NCBI GenBank assembly: GCA_047285535.1
Contig: JBJBDC010000001.1
Location: 1,728,136-1,792,135, forward strand
Direction of reading: 5' to 3'
Length of the DNA: 64,000 bases
From: Synechococcus sp.
GTDB taxonomy: Bacteria > Cyanobacteriota > Cyanobacteriia > PCC-6307 > Cyanobiaceae
Made by a program: the position numbers and the translations under genes. The notes beneath the pieces were generated by a model. That model did no database searches. It was given only the letters and a program-made list of their open reading frames with translations, and was not told the DNA's origin. Below, piece after piece: positions 19,867 through 29,390 of this stretch (the stretch's first letter is position 1; every line of letters starts with the position of its first letter).

Positions 19867-20557
19867 TCAGCTCCACCATCGCCTCCATCACCAAATCCGG
19901 TTGATGCTGCACCTCCACTGGCAACCGCTCCTGAAGTCTCGGGAGCAGTTGAGGTGCATCCCCTCCACAAAGCCATATCGGCCAAGAGCATTGAGCCTGG
20001 GCTTGGGTAATCAGACCTACTAGGCTTTCCATGGCTCCACAACGCATCGCAGCAGACGTCTCGAAAGGGAAGTACTCCACCATTTCGAGTTCAGATTCGA
20101 GTGGAGATGGTGGTTCAAGGCCTGCGGCACCTGAAGCCATGGCTCGCAATTGCAGTCCATAGCCAGCCGCCAGCAACCCACCAGAGAATCGTCCGTTTTG
20201 AGAGATTCTGGTCAGGCTTAAAACAGTGCCTGCATCCACAACCATGACTCCACTTCGATTCCCACTGGCCTGCCAAGCTCCCCATCCAGCCAGGACTCGA
20301 TCAATTCCCACCCAATCAGGGATGCCCTGAAGAGGAATGTCAGCCAAGCTCAACCGTCGACTTGACGGCAAAGAAGGATGGGCAGGTACAGGACCCACTG
20401 CAGCCCAAGCAAGAAGATCAAATGGTGCATCGAAGGCCCCAGGAACAGCTTGCTCATGCCTATACATCCAGTGAGCACGACCCTTTTGCTCTGCCCAGTG
20501 CCAGCGACTGTTCCCAATCAGCAAGCAACGGGAAGGGATGCCAGCGCTAGATGCCAT
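19859..20557 (-). CDS. coaX: type III pantothenate kinase
   Basis: LLIGNSR, GIDR, VVDAGT..S, GGL, GGDA, LVMEAM. Confidence 0.9.
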   Translation of the reverse strand: MASSAGIPSRCLLIGNSRWHWAEQKGRAHWMYRHEQAVPGAFDAPFDLLAWAAVGPVPAHPSLPSSRRLSLADIPLQGIPDWVGIDRVLAGWGAWQASGNRSGVMVVDAGTVLSLTRISQNGRFSGGLLAAGYGLQLRAMASGAAGLEPPSPLESELEMVEYFPFETSAAMRCGAMESLVGLITQAQAQCSWPIWLCGGDAPQLLPRLQERLPVEVQHQPDLVMEAMVELIS

Positions 20558-21356
20558 CACCCATGACACCTGGCAGGTGAATGCCACATTCCTGCTTGAG
20601 GCCGGCGAAGCGCGTATCTCGCCCCTCTGACTCCAGCCCATCAGGGCCACTGGAATGCCAGTCTCCAACTGTGGAGTAGCCCTTCTCAAACAGTGGATGT
20701 TGAGGCAGGTCATTCTCCTGCATGTAATAGAAGACATCCCGGGAGGTCCACTCCAACAACGGCCTCAAAGACGAGCGTCCCCGGATGGGGTCAAGCGCAG
20801 TCATGCTGCGGCGATGATCCGTCTGTCCCCGGCGCACGCCACTGGCCCAACAGCTCACCTGAAGTTGGTGCATGGCCTCTTCCAAAGGCTCGACCTTGCG
20901 GACTTTTAGATAAAGCTCCATATCGTCGATCTTTCCTGATTCCCAGAGCCGGCCATAAAGGGCTTCCATCCTTGCTGCAGACATGGAGGATTGAGCGATA
21001 TGGAGATCCAGCTCGAAGCGTTGGCAGAGCTGCTCGGCATAGCGATAGGTCTCAGGGGGGAGATACCCCGTGTCAACCCAAATCACCGGAATATCGCGGC
21101 CTTGATCCATCCCGCTCAATAAGTGGAGCAAGACAGCTGATTGGATTCCAAAGCTTGTGGTGAGTGCAAAACCCGATCCAAAGTGTTCATAGGCCCAGAG
21201 AAGCCTTCCGCGCGCATCGAGCGGCTCCAAACATTGACGTGCGCGTTGAAGTTCGCCGTCATCAGCCTTGAGGCTTCCAGCAACAAGCGACTGATTTTTG
21301 GAGGTGGAGACATCCCTCATCTCGTTATTCTCCAACGCCGAGGTACTTGAGGTCAT
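20547..21356 (-). CDS. cysH: phosphoadenylyl-sulfate reductase
   Basis: TTSFGIQS, DTGYL, RKVEP, HPLFEKGYSTVGD, ECGIH; lacks the CC/CxxC iron-sulfur ligands. Confidence 0.95.
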   Translation of the reverse strand: MTSSTSALENNEMRDVSTSKNQSLVAGSLKADDGELQRARQCLEPLDARGRLLWAYEHFGSGFALTTSFGIQSAVLLHLLSGMDQGRDIPVIWVDTGYLPPETYRYAEQLCQRFELDLHIAQSSMSAARMEALYGRLWESGKIDDMELYLKVRKVEPLEEAMHQLQVSCWASGVRRGQTDHRRSMTALDPIRGRSSLRPLLEWTSRDVFYYMQENDLPQHPLFEKGYSTVGDWHSSGPDGLESEGRDTRFAGLKQECGIHLPGVMGDGI

Positions 21357-21404
21357 GTCTATGGTTTCAAAAAACCGACTGAAGCCCGGACTTCTGACCC
21401 CACC

Positions 21405-22553
21405 ATGCACAACGATCCAATCATTGTTGTGGGAGGTGGGTTTGCAGGACTCACAACAGCACTCTCGCTCAGCAGGCAAAGGCCACGTCCACCTCTGTTG
21501 TTGATCGAACCAAGACATCAATTTCTATTTCTCCCTCTTCTTTACGAACTTCTCAGCGGTGAAATGAAAAGCTGGGAAGTCGCGCCTAGCTACGACAGCC
21601 TTCTGCAGGGGCGTGGCATTCCCCGCTTGGATGACCGCGTGACGTCGATTAACACCTCGGAGCGACGACTCCAGACCAGCCGAGGCCAATCATTCTCCTA
21701 CAGCCAACTGGTGCTCGCCACCGGCTCTGAGCCCGATGATTTTGGGATCCCTGGAGTCAAAAACCATGCCATGAAGTTCCATTCCCTGGAGGATTTACCC
21801 CTCCTCAAGGAACGAGTTCAAAGTCTCCGCAATCGCGCAGCAAGCGAAGGGGCGTTGGTCATCGTGGGAGCGGGAGCAACCGGCGTAGAACTGGCTTGCA
21901 AACTCAGCGACATGCTTGACAGTGCAGCCAGCATTCACCTCATCGAATTAGGAGATAGCGTTCTGCCACGGTCCCGAGCCTTCAACCGAGAACAGGCACA
22001 ACGAGCGCTGGCTGAACGTGGGGTTCAGCTTCATCTCAAGACTCGGGTGACATCCGTATCAGCCAACGCGATTCAACTGATGCGAAACGATCGACCCCAA
22101 TCCATCAACCATGATGGTTTGATCTGGACTGCAGGAACCAAACCTGTGCTGCCCACCCTTTTGCCAACCCCAAAACAACAACGTGGACTGCTCAGCGTTG
22201 ACGAAGGGTTGCAACTAACAACAAACCCGAATGTGGTAGCCCTCGGGGATGTGGCCTATCACAACGATGAAGACTCTCCATGGCCCCGTTCAGCTCAGTC
22301 AGCACTGCAACAAGGAGAAGCAGCGGCTCGAACCATACAAGCCATCCGCAGACAAAGGGCTGTACCCAGGTTTCACTTCCAAGATCTTGGCGAGATGCTG
22401 AGCCTAGGCATTGGAGACGCCTCCATTACAGGCATGGGACTCACACTCGCCGGTCCTCTGGCTTATCGATTGCGACGACTCACTTACCTTGCACGCATGC
22501 CAGGACTCTCTCTGAGCTTGAAGTCTGCAGGCGCCTGGTTGGTTGATTCTTGA
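21405..22553 (+). CDS. type II NADH dehydrogenase-like NAD(P)/FAD oxidoreductase
   Basis: VVGGGFAG, FLPLLYE, VGAGATGVELA, ALGD, SAQSALQQG. Confidence 0.9.
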   Translation: MHNDPIIVVGGGFAGLTTALSLSRQRPRPPLLLIEPRHQFLFLPLLYELLSGEMKSWEVAPSYDSLLQGRGIPRLDDRVTSINTSERRLQTSRGQSFSYSQLVLATGSEPDDFGIPGVKNHAMKFHSLEDLPLLKERVQSLRNRAASEGALVIVGAGATGVELACKLSDMLDSAASIHLIELGDSVLPRSRAFNREQAQRALAERGVQLHLKTRVTSVSANAIQLMRNDRPQSINHDGLIWTAGTKPVLPTLLPTPKQQRGLLSVDEGLQLTTNPNVVALGDVAYHNDEDSPWPRSAQSALQQGEAAARTIQAIRRQRAVPRFHFQDLGEMLSLGIGDASITGMGLTLAGPLAYRLRRLTYLARMPGLSLSLKSAGAWLVDS

Positions 22554-24271
22554 AGCAGGCTCACTTAGCAGGCCGAACCAACGGCCTTCGTCCATCACAG
22601 CTCCGTCAACTCGAGCGTCTCAGTCAGAGGAGGCACCCTGGACTCAGTGGAGCCGATGAACTCACGCTGAAACGCCTCTCTGAGCTGGTCATCGATCTCG
22701 ATCAACCGTTGCATTTGATTGTGGATGAACGCGGGCTCTGCCGTCTGCTCTGGGTCGGATCACTGAGCGAATCGGAAAAACTACGCCTCCGTCTACCTGG
22801 CGGGCCACGACGGATGAACCGACGCTGGCGATTGATCAGCAGCCTGCAAGGCAAGGCGGGAATCGATCTCCAGCCCGATGGCCGAGATGCCGTCGTCGCT
22901 CTCGATCTCCAGCCCGAAACATGGCTCCGCTTTCAGGCGGCTCCTTCCACGGGTGGCGGACACCTGGCCTCTCTGTGGCAGCCAGATCCTGCTATTGATT
23001 CCGGCTGGCATCAAGCCATAATCGGCAGCCTTCAGGAGCTTTGCGAACGTCCTGTCCAAACAGCAACCAAAGAGATTATTGATGTTGCACAACCGTCAAC
23101 GCCTCCTGAAGACCCTTCCGATCATTCGGAAGCAAAGGAGCGGGTTTTGCTTCTTATTCTCATCGATACTGACAAACAGCGCAGTGAAAGGGACTTAGCT
23201 GAATTAGAGGGACTCGTGCGCAGCGCAGATGCATTGCCGGTAGCTGTCTGCAGGCAACGACAAGGACAATCCAACCCTCAGACGCTCTGGGGCAAAGGAA
23301 AATTACAAGAAGCAGCTCTTGAAGCCAGACGTCATCGCGCAACCCTCGTCATCACAGACAGAGAGCTTTCCCCTGTTCAAGCTCGCAATCTGGAGCGATT
23401 ACTTGACTGCCCGGTCATGGATCGCAGTGAGCTCATTCTTGATATTTTTGCCCAGCGAGCCGCTAGTGCGGCAGGACGACTACAAGTCGAACTCGCTCAA
23501 TTGCGCTATCGCCTACCGAGGCTGAAAGGCCGCGGCCTCAGTCTCTCTCGACAAGGTGGAGGGATTGGAACGCGTGGCCCTGGGGAGACCCAACTTGAGA
23601 AAGACCGTCGTGCCATCAGCCGTCGCATCGAACATCTATCACAATCACTGCGCCAGCTAGGAGCCCATCGCGCAAGATTGCGTGACCGCAGAGAAGATCT
23701 ACCTCGCGTCACACTTGTCGGTTATACCAACGCGGGGAAATCGTCTCTTCTCAATGCCCTCTGCTGTCGCAATCCAGGGCATGCGGTTCTGGCGGAAAAC
23801 AAGTTGTTCGCGACCCTCGATCCCACTACCCGAAGACTCTGCTTCCCCCAGACATCAGCGGCACCGAACGAAGTGCTTCTAACAGACACAGTGGGATTCA
23901 TTCGTGAGCTACCAAAACCTCTTCTCGAGGCCTTCAGGGCCACGTTGGAGGAGACGCGTGATGCTGATCTGTTGCTTTTAGTCGTCGATCTGGCTGACCC
24001 CGACTGGCAGGCTCAGCTGGAGGCGGTGCACCACCTCTTGGATGACCTGAGCTGCGACCAACTGCGAAAAGTGGTAGCCAATCAAATTGACCGTTGCACG
24101 GCTACGGCGATCGACGCGATTCAGGCCATCGAGCCAGATGTGATCTATCTCTCTGCTACAGAAGGTACGGGACTGAGAGGTCTGCGAAACTGGCTGGAAA
24201 AGCAGTTCTGGGACAGCGCTATAACACCTGAAAATCCCAGCGCAGCACAGTCAACTCCAGGCCATAGTTGA
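22550..24271 (+). CDS. hflX: GTPase HflX (with cyanobacterial N-terminal extension)
   Basis: LILDIFAQRA, GGGIGTRGPGETQLE, GYTNAGKS, LFATLDPT, DTVGFI. Confidence 0.96.
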   Translation: MKQAHLAGRTNGLRPSQLRQLERLSQRRHPGLSGADELTLKRLSELVIDLDQPLHLIVDERGLCRLLWVGSLSESEKLRLRLPGGPRRMNRRWRLISSLQGKAGIDLQPDGRDAVVALDLQPETWLRFQAAPSTGGGHLASLWQPDPAIDSGWHQAIIGSLQELCERPVQTATKEIIDVAQPSTPPEDPSDHSEAKERVLLLILIDTDKQRSERDLAELEGLVRSADALPVAVCRQRQGQSNPQTLWGKGKLQEAALEARRHRATLVITDRELSPVQARNLERLLDCPVMDRSELILDIFAQRAASAAGRLQVELAQLRYRLPRLKGRGLSLSRQGGGIGTRGPGETQLEKDRRAISRRIEHLSQSLRQLGAHRARLRDRREDLPRVTLVGYTNAGKSSLLNALCCRNPGHAVLAENKLFATLDPTTRRLCFPQTSAAPNEVLLTDTVGFIRELPKPLLEAFRATLEETRDADLLLLVVDLADPDWQAQLEAVHHLLDDLSCDQLRKVVANQIDRCTATAIDAIQAIEPDVIYLSATEGTGLRGLRNWLEKQFWDSAITPENPSAAQSTPGHS

Positions 24272-24279
24272 ACTTAACC

Positions 24280-24738
24280 ATGGCTGAACCCACCCCAGCT
24301 CTTAAGCATGGCGAAGCCCTCACCTTGGCCTTGAAGTTGGATAACACTGATGCGATTTACCCGAAACTCACAACAGTGCCAACGGATTTTCTTGAGCAGA
24401 TCACAGGTGCCACTACACCCCATCTGCCTCTTGGCGAGTTCGTGAATTCAAACCTGTTCAAGCTGATGGTTTTAGGCGCCGTTTGTGTGGCCCTCGTGAT
24501 TCCTGTCGCCTCTCCAATCGCCCTCTTGCTGGGAGGGTTAGCGATCGTTTGTTTACTGGCTGTCATATGCGGAGAGAGTCAGTCCTTCCAGATCCTGCAA
24601 GAGAACGAAACCAACCCAATGGTGTTGGGTCCAGTGAGAGATCTTGTTAGGGATACCACGCTCTATGGAGACGGCCTGACCTTCGTGGTGACGACCATGG
24701 TTCCTGCATTCATGCTCTTGCAACAGGGAGGCGTTTGA
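24280..24738 (+). pseudogene. internally deleted, diverged SLC13 (Na+/sulfate symporter-like) permease remnant with intact reading frame
   Basis: The first ~70 aa match the recalled start and the last ~80 aa (SQSF....TNxMVxGP....D...YG.GLT) the recalled end of the ~600-aa picocyanobacterial SLC13 permease normally found before ktrB. Confidence 0.75.
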
Positions 24739-24743
24739 GAGCG

Positions 24744-26147
24744 ATGCCCATTCCCTCCGCCATCTATCGCACCCAGGCTTGGTACCGCCGCCTCACCGTT
24801 CCCCAGTTCACGGTTGTTACGGGGTTGCTCGTGATCGCAGCAGGAACCATGCTCCTGGTCTCCCCCATGTGCTCAAGCCAGAAGGTGGGCCTGTGGGAAG
24901 CACTGTTCACAGCCACATCGGCAGTCACCGTCACTGGACTTTCCATCATCGACGTCCGCCAAGATCTGACACTCCCCGGGCAGATCGTGCTGGCCATGAT
25001 GATCATGGTGGGAGGCCTTGGATTAATGGCTGTCACTACGTTTTTACAGGGGTTTGTGGTTCGGGGGACCGCTCTCCGGCGTCGCCTAGATCGTGGCCAA
25101 ACCCTTGATGAATTTGGGGTCGGAGGCGTGGGCAAAACCTTCCAAGGGATTGCTGTCACCGCTGCAGTGTTGATCCTGATTGGGGCCTTTCTTCTCTATT
25201 CCTTCGGGTTTACAGATATTGCCCCGGGAGGCGACCGTCTATGGGCTGCCCTGTTTCACAGTATCTCTGCTTACAACAACGCAGGCTTCGGGCTATGGAA
25301 TGACAGCCTTGAGAATTACCGCACCAACAACACTGTTAATGCGGTAATCATGATTCTGGTGGTGCTTGGTGGTCTGGGCTGGCGGGTCACCCATGACCTT
25401 TGGATCAATCGGCAAAGGCTGAAACGGCGTCATCTCAGCCTTCACACTCGGTTGGTTCTGCGCACTTCTGGTCTCCTCATCCTGACTGGGACCTTGGGCT
25501 TAATGCTGACGGAATCTCTTTCCATGGGCCATGTCCTGACAGGTCTGGGGTGGGGAGAGCGGTTAATGAGCGCTCTGTTTGAGTCCGTCAGTGCACGCAC
25601 CGCCGGATTCACCACCGTGCCTCTCTCTTCGCAGAGCATTTCCGATTCCGGCCTTTTACTTGTGATGACCCTGATGTTCATCGGAGCCAGTCCAGGCGGT
25701 ACGGGAGGTGGAATTAAAACCACAACTGTGGCTGCCCTGATGGCCGCGACCCGCTCCACCCTGCGTGGTCACGATGATGTCGTCATTCGGCATCGACAGA
25801 TTTCAGACAAAGTCGTGCTGCGCGCTTTGAGTATCACAGTTGCATCCCTGCTGTTCGTCCTGGGTATGGCCCTCCTTCTGGCGTTGAGCAGCAATCTCAG
25901 CGGAGAAGAACCCTTCACATTCTTAGAGCTTGTCTTTACATGTGTTTCCGCATTTGCCACCGTTGGATTAGATCTAGGCGTCACACGACAACTTGCTCCC
26001 TTTGGACAATTGGTCCTTGTAATGGGAATGTTTGTAGGGCGACTTGGGATTCTTTTGCTTTTGAGCGCCATCTGGGAAAGTTTTAATCGCGGCCATCTGC
26101 AGCGCCAGAATCGAGTTGGTTATCCCCGCGAGGATCTCTATGTCTAA
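24744..26147 (+). CDS. ktrB: Trk/Ktr K+ uptake membrane subunit
   Basis: ALFTATSAVTVTGL, FHSISAYNNAGF, RTAGF, MFIGASPGGTGGGIK, SAFATVGL. Confidence 0.95.
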   Translation: MPIPSAIYRTQAWYRRLTVPQFTVVTGLLVIAAGTMLLVSPMCSSQKVGLWEALFTATSAVTVTGLSIIDVRQDLTLPGQIVLAMMIMVGGLGLMAVTTFLQGFVVRGTALRRRLDRGQTLDEFGVGGVGKTFQGIAVTAAVLILIGAFLLYSFGFTDIAPGGDRLWAALFHSISAYNNAGFGLWNDSLENYRTNNTVNAVIMILVVLGGLGWRVTHDLWINRQRLKRRHLSLHTRLVLRTSGLLILTGTLGLMLTESLSMGHVLTGLGWGERLMSALFESVSARTAGFTTVPLSSQSISDSGLLLVMTLMFIGASPGGTGGGIKTTTVAALMAATRSTLRGHDDVVIRHRQISDKVVLRALSITVASLLFVLGMALLLALSSNLSGEEPFTFLELVFTCVSAFATVGLDLGVTRQLAPFGQLVLVMGMFVGRLGILLLLSAIWESFNRGHLQRQNRVGYPREDLYV

Positions 26148-26171
26148 TCACCGATTTCTGGGAGCAGCGCA

Positions 26172-26876
26172 GTGAGGGAGTGGTGGCATTGGGCCCAGTC
26201 CCACCAAGCTGAAACGTCTAGTTTTGGGATTGTGGGATTAGGCCGTTTTGGGAGCGCCGTCTGCAAGCAACTGATGCAAAACGGCGCTGAGGTTCTTGCT
26301 GTTGACCGTTCGTCCAAAGCGATCGATGAACTCCGACAACTCGAGCCAACGATTGAAGCCCGAATTGTGGATTGCACAGACGAGGAAGCGCTTCGAGAAG
26401 CTGGAATCCTGGATATGGAAACTGTGGTCGTTGCCATCAGCGAACCCATCGAAGCCAGCATCACGGCCACTCTTATTGCCAAAGACAGTCCCGGGACCCA
26501 AGTTCGTCATGTGATTGCAAGAGCGACCAGCGATTTGCACGAAAAAATGCTCAAACGGGTGGGTGCCGATCGGGTGGTCTTCCCTTCGCGCATGCAGGGT
26601 GAACGTCTGGGAGTCGAATTGGTGCGACCCAATCTGATGGAGCGACTTGAACTCGACAAACACCACTCGATTGAAGAGATCAAGGTGCCAAGCCGGTTCG
26701 TGGGGCGCTCGCTTCGAGATTTAAACCTGCGCAAGAATTACCGGGTGAATGTTCTGGCAGCAGGTCCGGCAAAAGAACTCACGGTCAACCCGCCTGCATC
26801 CCATGTTTTGGAAGACGGCCATGTCCTCGTGGTGATGGGCCTAACCGACGCTCTTCAAGAATTACCGAAAACCTGA
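26172..26876 (+). CDS. ktrA: Trk/Ktr K+ uptake NAD-binding RCK subunit
   Basis: IVGLGRFG, GADRVVFP, C-terminal RCK_C domain. Confidence 0.95.
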   Translation: MREWWHWAQSHQAETSSFGIVGLGRFGSAVCKQLMQNGAEVLAVDRSSKAIDELRQLEPTIEARIVDCTDEEALREAGILDMETVVVAISEPIEASITATLIAKDSPGTQVRHVIARATSDLHEKMLKRVGADRVVFPSRMQGERLGVELVRPNLMERLELDKHHSIEEIKVPSRFVGRSLRDLNLRKNYRVNVLAAGPAKELTVNPPASHVLEDGHVLVVMGLTDALQELPKT

Positions 26877-26879
26877 ACC

Positions 26880-28034
26880 ATGCGCGTTCTAGGGCTGATG
26901 AGCGGTACCAGCGCCGATGGCGTGGATGCTGTACTTGTCGAGCTATCGGGGTCGGCGGCACAGCCACGTTGGACACTGATGAAGTCGGCCTCCTTGGACT
27001 ATCCAGAATCGACAAGACAACTGATTTTGGACGTAGGCCAAGGAGAGGCAAAAACGGCTTCCTCTCTCCTCTCCCTATCCGAAATCATCACCAAGACCCA
27101 GGCCGCAGCCGCCCTTCGATGCGACCCAGAAGGGCAGGCCCAACTGGTGGGATGTCATGGCCAGACCATTTGGCATCGTCCGCCCGAACCGCTCCCGGGC
27201 GGCCACATCCGCCCGGGAGCGAGCTGGCAGATGTTGCAGGCACCCCTGCTTGCACAAATACTGAAATGCCCTGTGGTCTCAGACTTTCGAGCGGCGGATC
27301 TGGCCTTGGGAGGGCAGGGCGCACCGCTTGTTCCCAAGGCTGATGCGGCCCTACTGGGACGAACCAAAGGATGGAGAGCACTCTTGAACTTAGGTGGAAT
27401 CGCCAATCTCACCCTCATCCCCCCGACCACTGGTCCAGATCGTCATCAACCTGTGAGGGGGTGGGACTGCGGGCCTGCGAACAGCTTGATCGACCTCGCG
27501 ATAGAACAGTTCAGTGGGGGGAAAGAAACATGCGACCAAGGCGGCCGTCTAGCGGCTAAGGGCCACTGCGATGAAGGCCTGATTCTCCACTGGCTCGATG
27601 AGCCCTACCTCAAGCAAAGTCCTCCTAAATCAACAGGCCGTGAGTTGTTCGGACGATCTGACCTAACAAGACGCCTTGAGGACATGAAAGGGCAACAGGT
27701 TATGGATCAGATCGCCACACTCACAGCCTTCTCTGCCGCAGTGGTGGCACAGGATTTGCAACAGCTTTCAAGCCGGGGCCACCCTCTCCCAATCGAGCTG
27801 TTGGTCGCCGGAGGTGGTAGCCAAAATCTCACGTTGATGCGAGAACTCACCCGTCGCTGCCGTGGCCTAAGAATTCGTCGTAGCGAAGAGCTTCAACTTC
27901 CCAGCCAAAGTCGAGAAGCCTTGGTCTTTGCTCTCTTGGCATGGTGGCATCAGCTCGGGTATCCGGGGAATGCTCCTGCGATCACCGGAGCGCAGCATGA
28001 AGCTGTCTTAGGAGTACGCGTCAATCCTGCCTGA
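26880..28034 (+). CDS. anmK: anhydro-N-acetylmuramic acid kinase
   Basis: GLMSGTSADGVD, HGQTIWH, DFRAADLALGGQGAPL, NLGGIAN, DCGPAN, PPKSTGRE. Confidence 0.96.
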   Translation: MRVLGLMSGTSADGVDAVLVELSGSAAQPRWTLMKSASLDYPESTRQLILDVGQGEAKTASSLLSLSEIITKTQAAAALRCDPEGQAQLVGCHGQTIWHRPPEPLPGGHIRPGASWQMLQAPLLAQILKCPVVSDFRAADLALGGQGAPLVPKADAALLGRTKGWRALLNLGGIANLTLIPPTTGPDRHQPVRGWDCGPANSLIDLAIEQFSGGKETCDQGGRLAAKGHCDEGLILHWLDEPYLKQSPPKSTGRELFGRSDLTRRLEDMKGQQVMDQIATLTAFSAAVVAQDLQQLSSRGHPLPIELLVAGGGSQNLTLMRELTRRCRGLRIRRSEELQLPSQSREALVFALLAWWHQLGYPGNAPAITGAQHEAVLGVRVNPA

Positions 28035-28069
28035 AGACACAACAGCAGCCTTCCTCAAAGGGAGCAAAG

Positions 28070-28384
28070 TCAGTTCGTCGGACGCTGCAGCCTGATTCGA
28101 CGCGGTACTCCTCGAAGGCGACGCGTTTGCTTTGATTCCAGAGCGTTGCGCAGCTGCTCTGTTGAAGATTGAGGCGCTTGCTTGGGTGGAACTACCTCCT
28201 GCCGGTCAGCTCCCTGTTCGTAACGCTGAACCCCTTGCTGAATCAAGACCTTGGCCATGTTGCTGACCGTTCGAGATTCACACTCAGCCAATGCAGCCAG
28301 ACGAAGGCAAAGATCTTCGGGGAGCACCACCTGAATTCGAGGTGATTTTGGCTTCCCACTGGATGACTTTTGGCGAGTGGCCAC
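28070..28384 (-). CDS. ribbon-helix-helix (CopG-like) DNA-binding protein
   Basis: RIQVVLPEDL..RL..LA..ESRTVSNMAKVLI. Confidence 0.8.
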   Translation of the reverse strand: MATRQKSSSGKPKSPRIQVVLPEDLCLRLAALAECESRTVSNMAKVLIQQGVQRYEQGADRQEVVPPKQAPQSSTEQLRNALESKQTRRLRGVPRRIRLQRPTN

Positions 28385-28521
28385 GACCCAGGAAGAGGCA
28401 GAGCTACTTAAAAGTGTACAGAGATGCGCAAGGGTAGTATCCAGCAGTATGCTGTAGTCACAGATCGGATCTTTGAGTCCTCTCCAGTCCAGGCCCTCGG
28501 CCGACCCATCCCAGGAGTGCC

Positions 28522-28869
28522 ATGCCCCATTCCCAAAGCCCGGACATCAGCTCACCCAAGCTCCCCAATCCAACCAGGACGACTCCTCGCACAAGCAATC
28601 AACTCAACCCCAAGCGCCGAAAGAACCGCCGCCCCCGCAGAACTCCTGAAAACAGCGAAGTCGTGGTGTCCGCAGTAATCAGCACCTATCTGCTCACTCA
28701 TCTTCATCACGTGCTCCAACGAGCTGAATACAACGCTGTTCAAGATGGTCGTCGTTCGCAAGCCGCGAATTACGCCCAGCTACGCAAAGTGCTTTGCATG
28801 GATGCGAGAAGCATGGAAGAGGCTTCAGCGTCTGGCCTCAAGGCAACTGAGCTCGATCAGGCGGCTTAG
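28522..28869 (+). CDS. conserved hypothetical protein
   Basis: Basic N-terminal region then SAVISTYLLTHLHHVLQRAEY...AANYAQLRKVLC.DAR, typical of picocyanobacterial core hypotheticals. Confidence 0.8.
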   Translation: MPHSQSPDISSPKLPNPTRTTPRTSNQLNPKRRKNRRPRRTPENSEVVVSAVISTYLLTHLHHVLQRAEYNAVQDGRRSQAANYAQLRKVLCMDARSMEEASASGLKATELDQAA

Positions 28870-28926
28870 CGAAGGGATGGCAGTTTGTGACCGCGTGAAT
28901 AGGGTTTCAGCAGAAGCCTCCCGGCC

Positions 28927-29154
28927 ATGTCAAATGCTGCTGAGCTTTACGCACGCATTGAAAACGATCAAGACCTCAGCAAGGGGTTATTTCGACAAGC
29001 ACTTCAAAATCCTTCTGGAGCCCTTGACTCAATCTGCGACATTGGCAAACAATTCGACCTACCAGTCACGCCTCAAGAGGTAAAGGATTACCTCAACAGC
29101 CTCGATGACGAGATTTCAAAGCAATGGCTCATCAAAGCGAGGGGTGGTCTGTAA
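28927..29154 (+). CDS. small protein resembling a Nif11-type leader
   Basis: 75 aa, helical, ends ...LDDE...ARGGL. Confidence 0.7.
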   Translation: MSNAAELYARIENDQDLSKGLFRQALQNPSGALDSICDIGKQFDLPVTPQEVKDYLNSLDDEISKQWLIKARGGL

Positions 29155-29317
29155 GCGATGGTGCATCCTTCGTTTCGAGGATGGAAACACGGGCTGGCTT
29201 TGGAGTGGAACGTTCTCGGACCCCTCCACCTCCTGCCCAACTGAAGAACAACCAATAACTGATCACAGCAAGACCGGCTGCCACCACGAGGGCCATGACT
29301 TGCTCCAGTCTTCGCAT
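29132..29317 (-). CDS. small single-TM hypothetical protein
   Basis: MRRLEQVMALVVAAGLAVISYWLFFSWAGGGG. Confidence 0.6.
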   Translation of the reverse strand: MRRLEQVMALVVAAGLAVISYWLFFSWAGGGGVRERSTPKPARVSILETKDAPSLTDHPSL

Positions 29318-29390
29318 TTGACTGCTCCCAGCTCCATTAGTCTGCCTGCGACCCCGACACGTGATGATGGGCTTTAGACGCCCCTACTCC

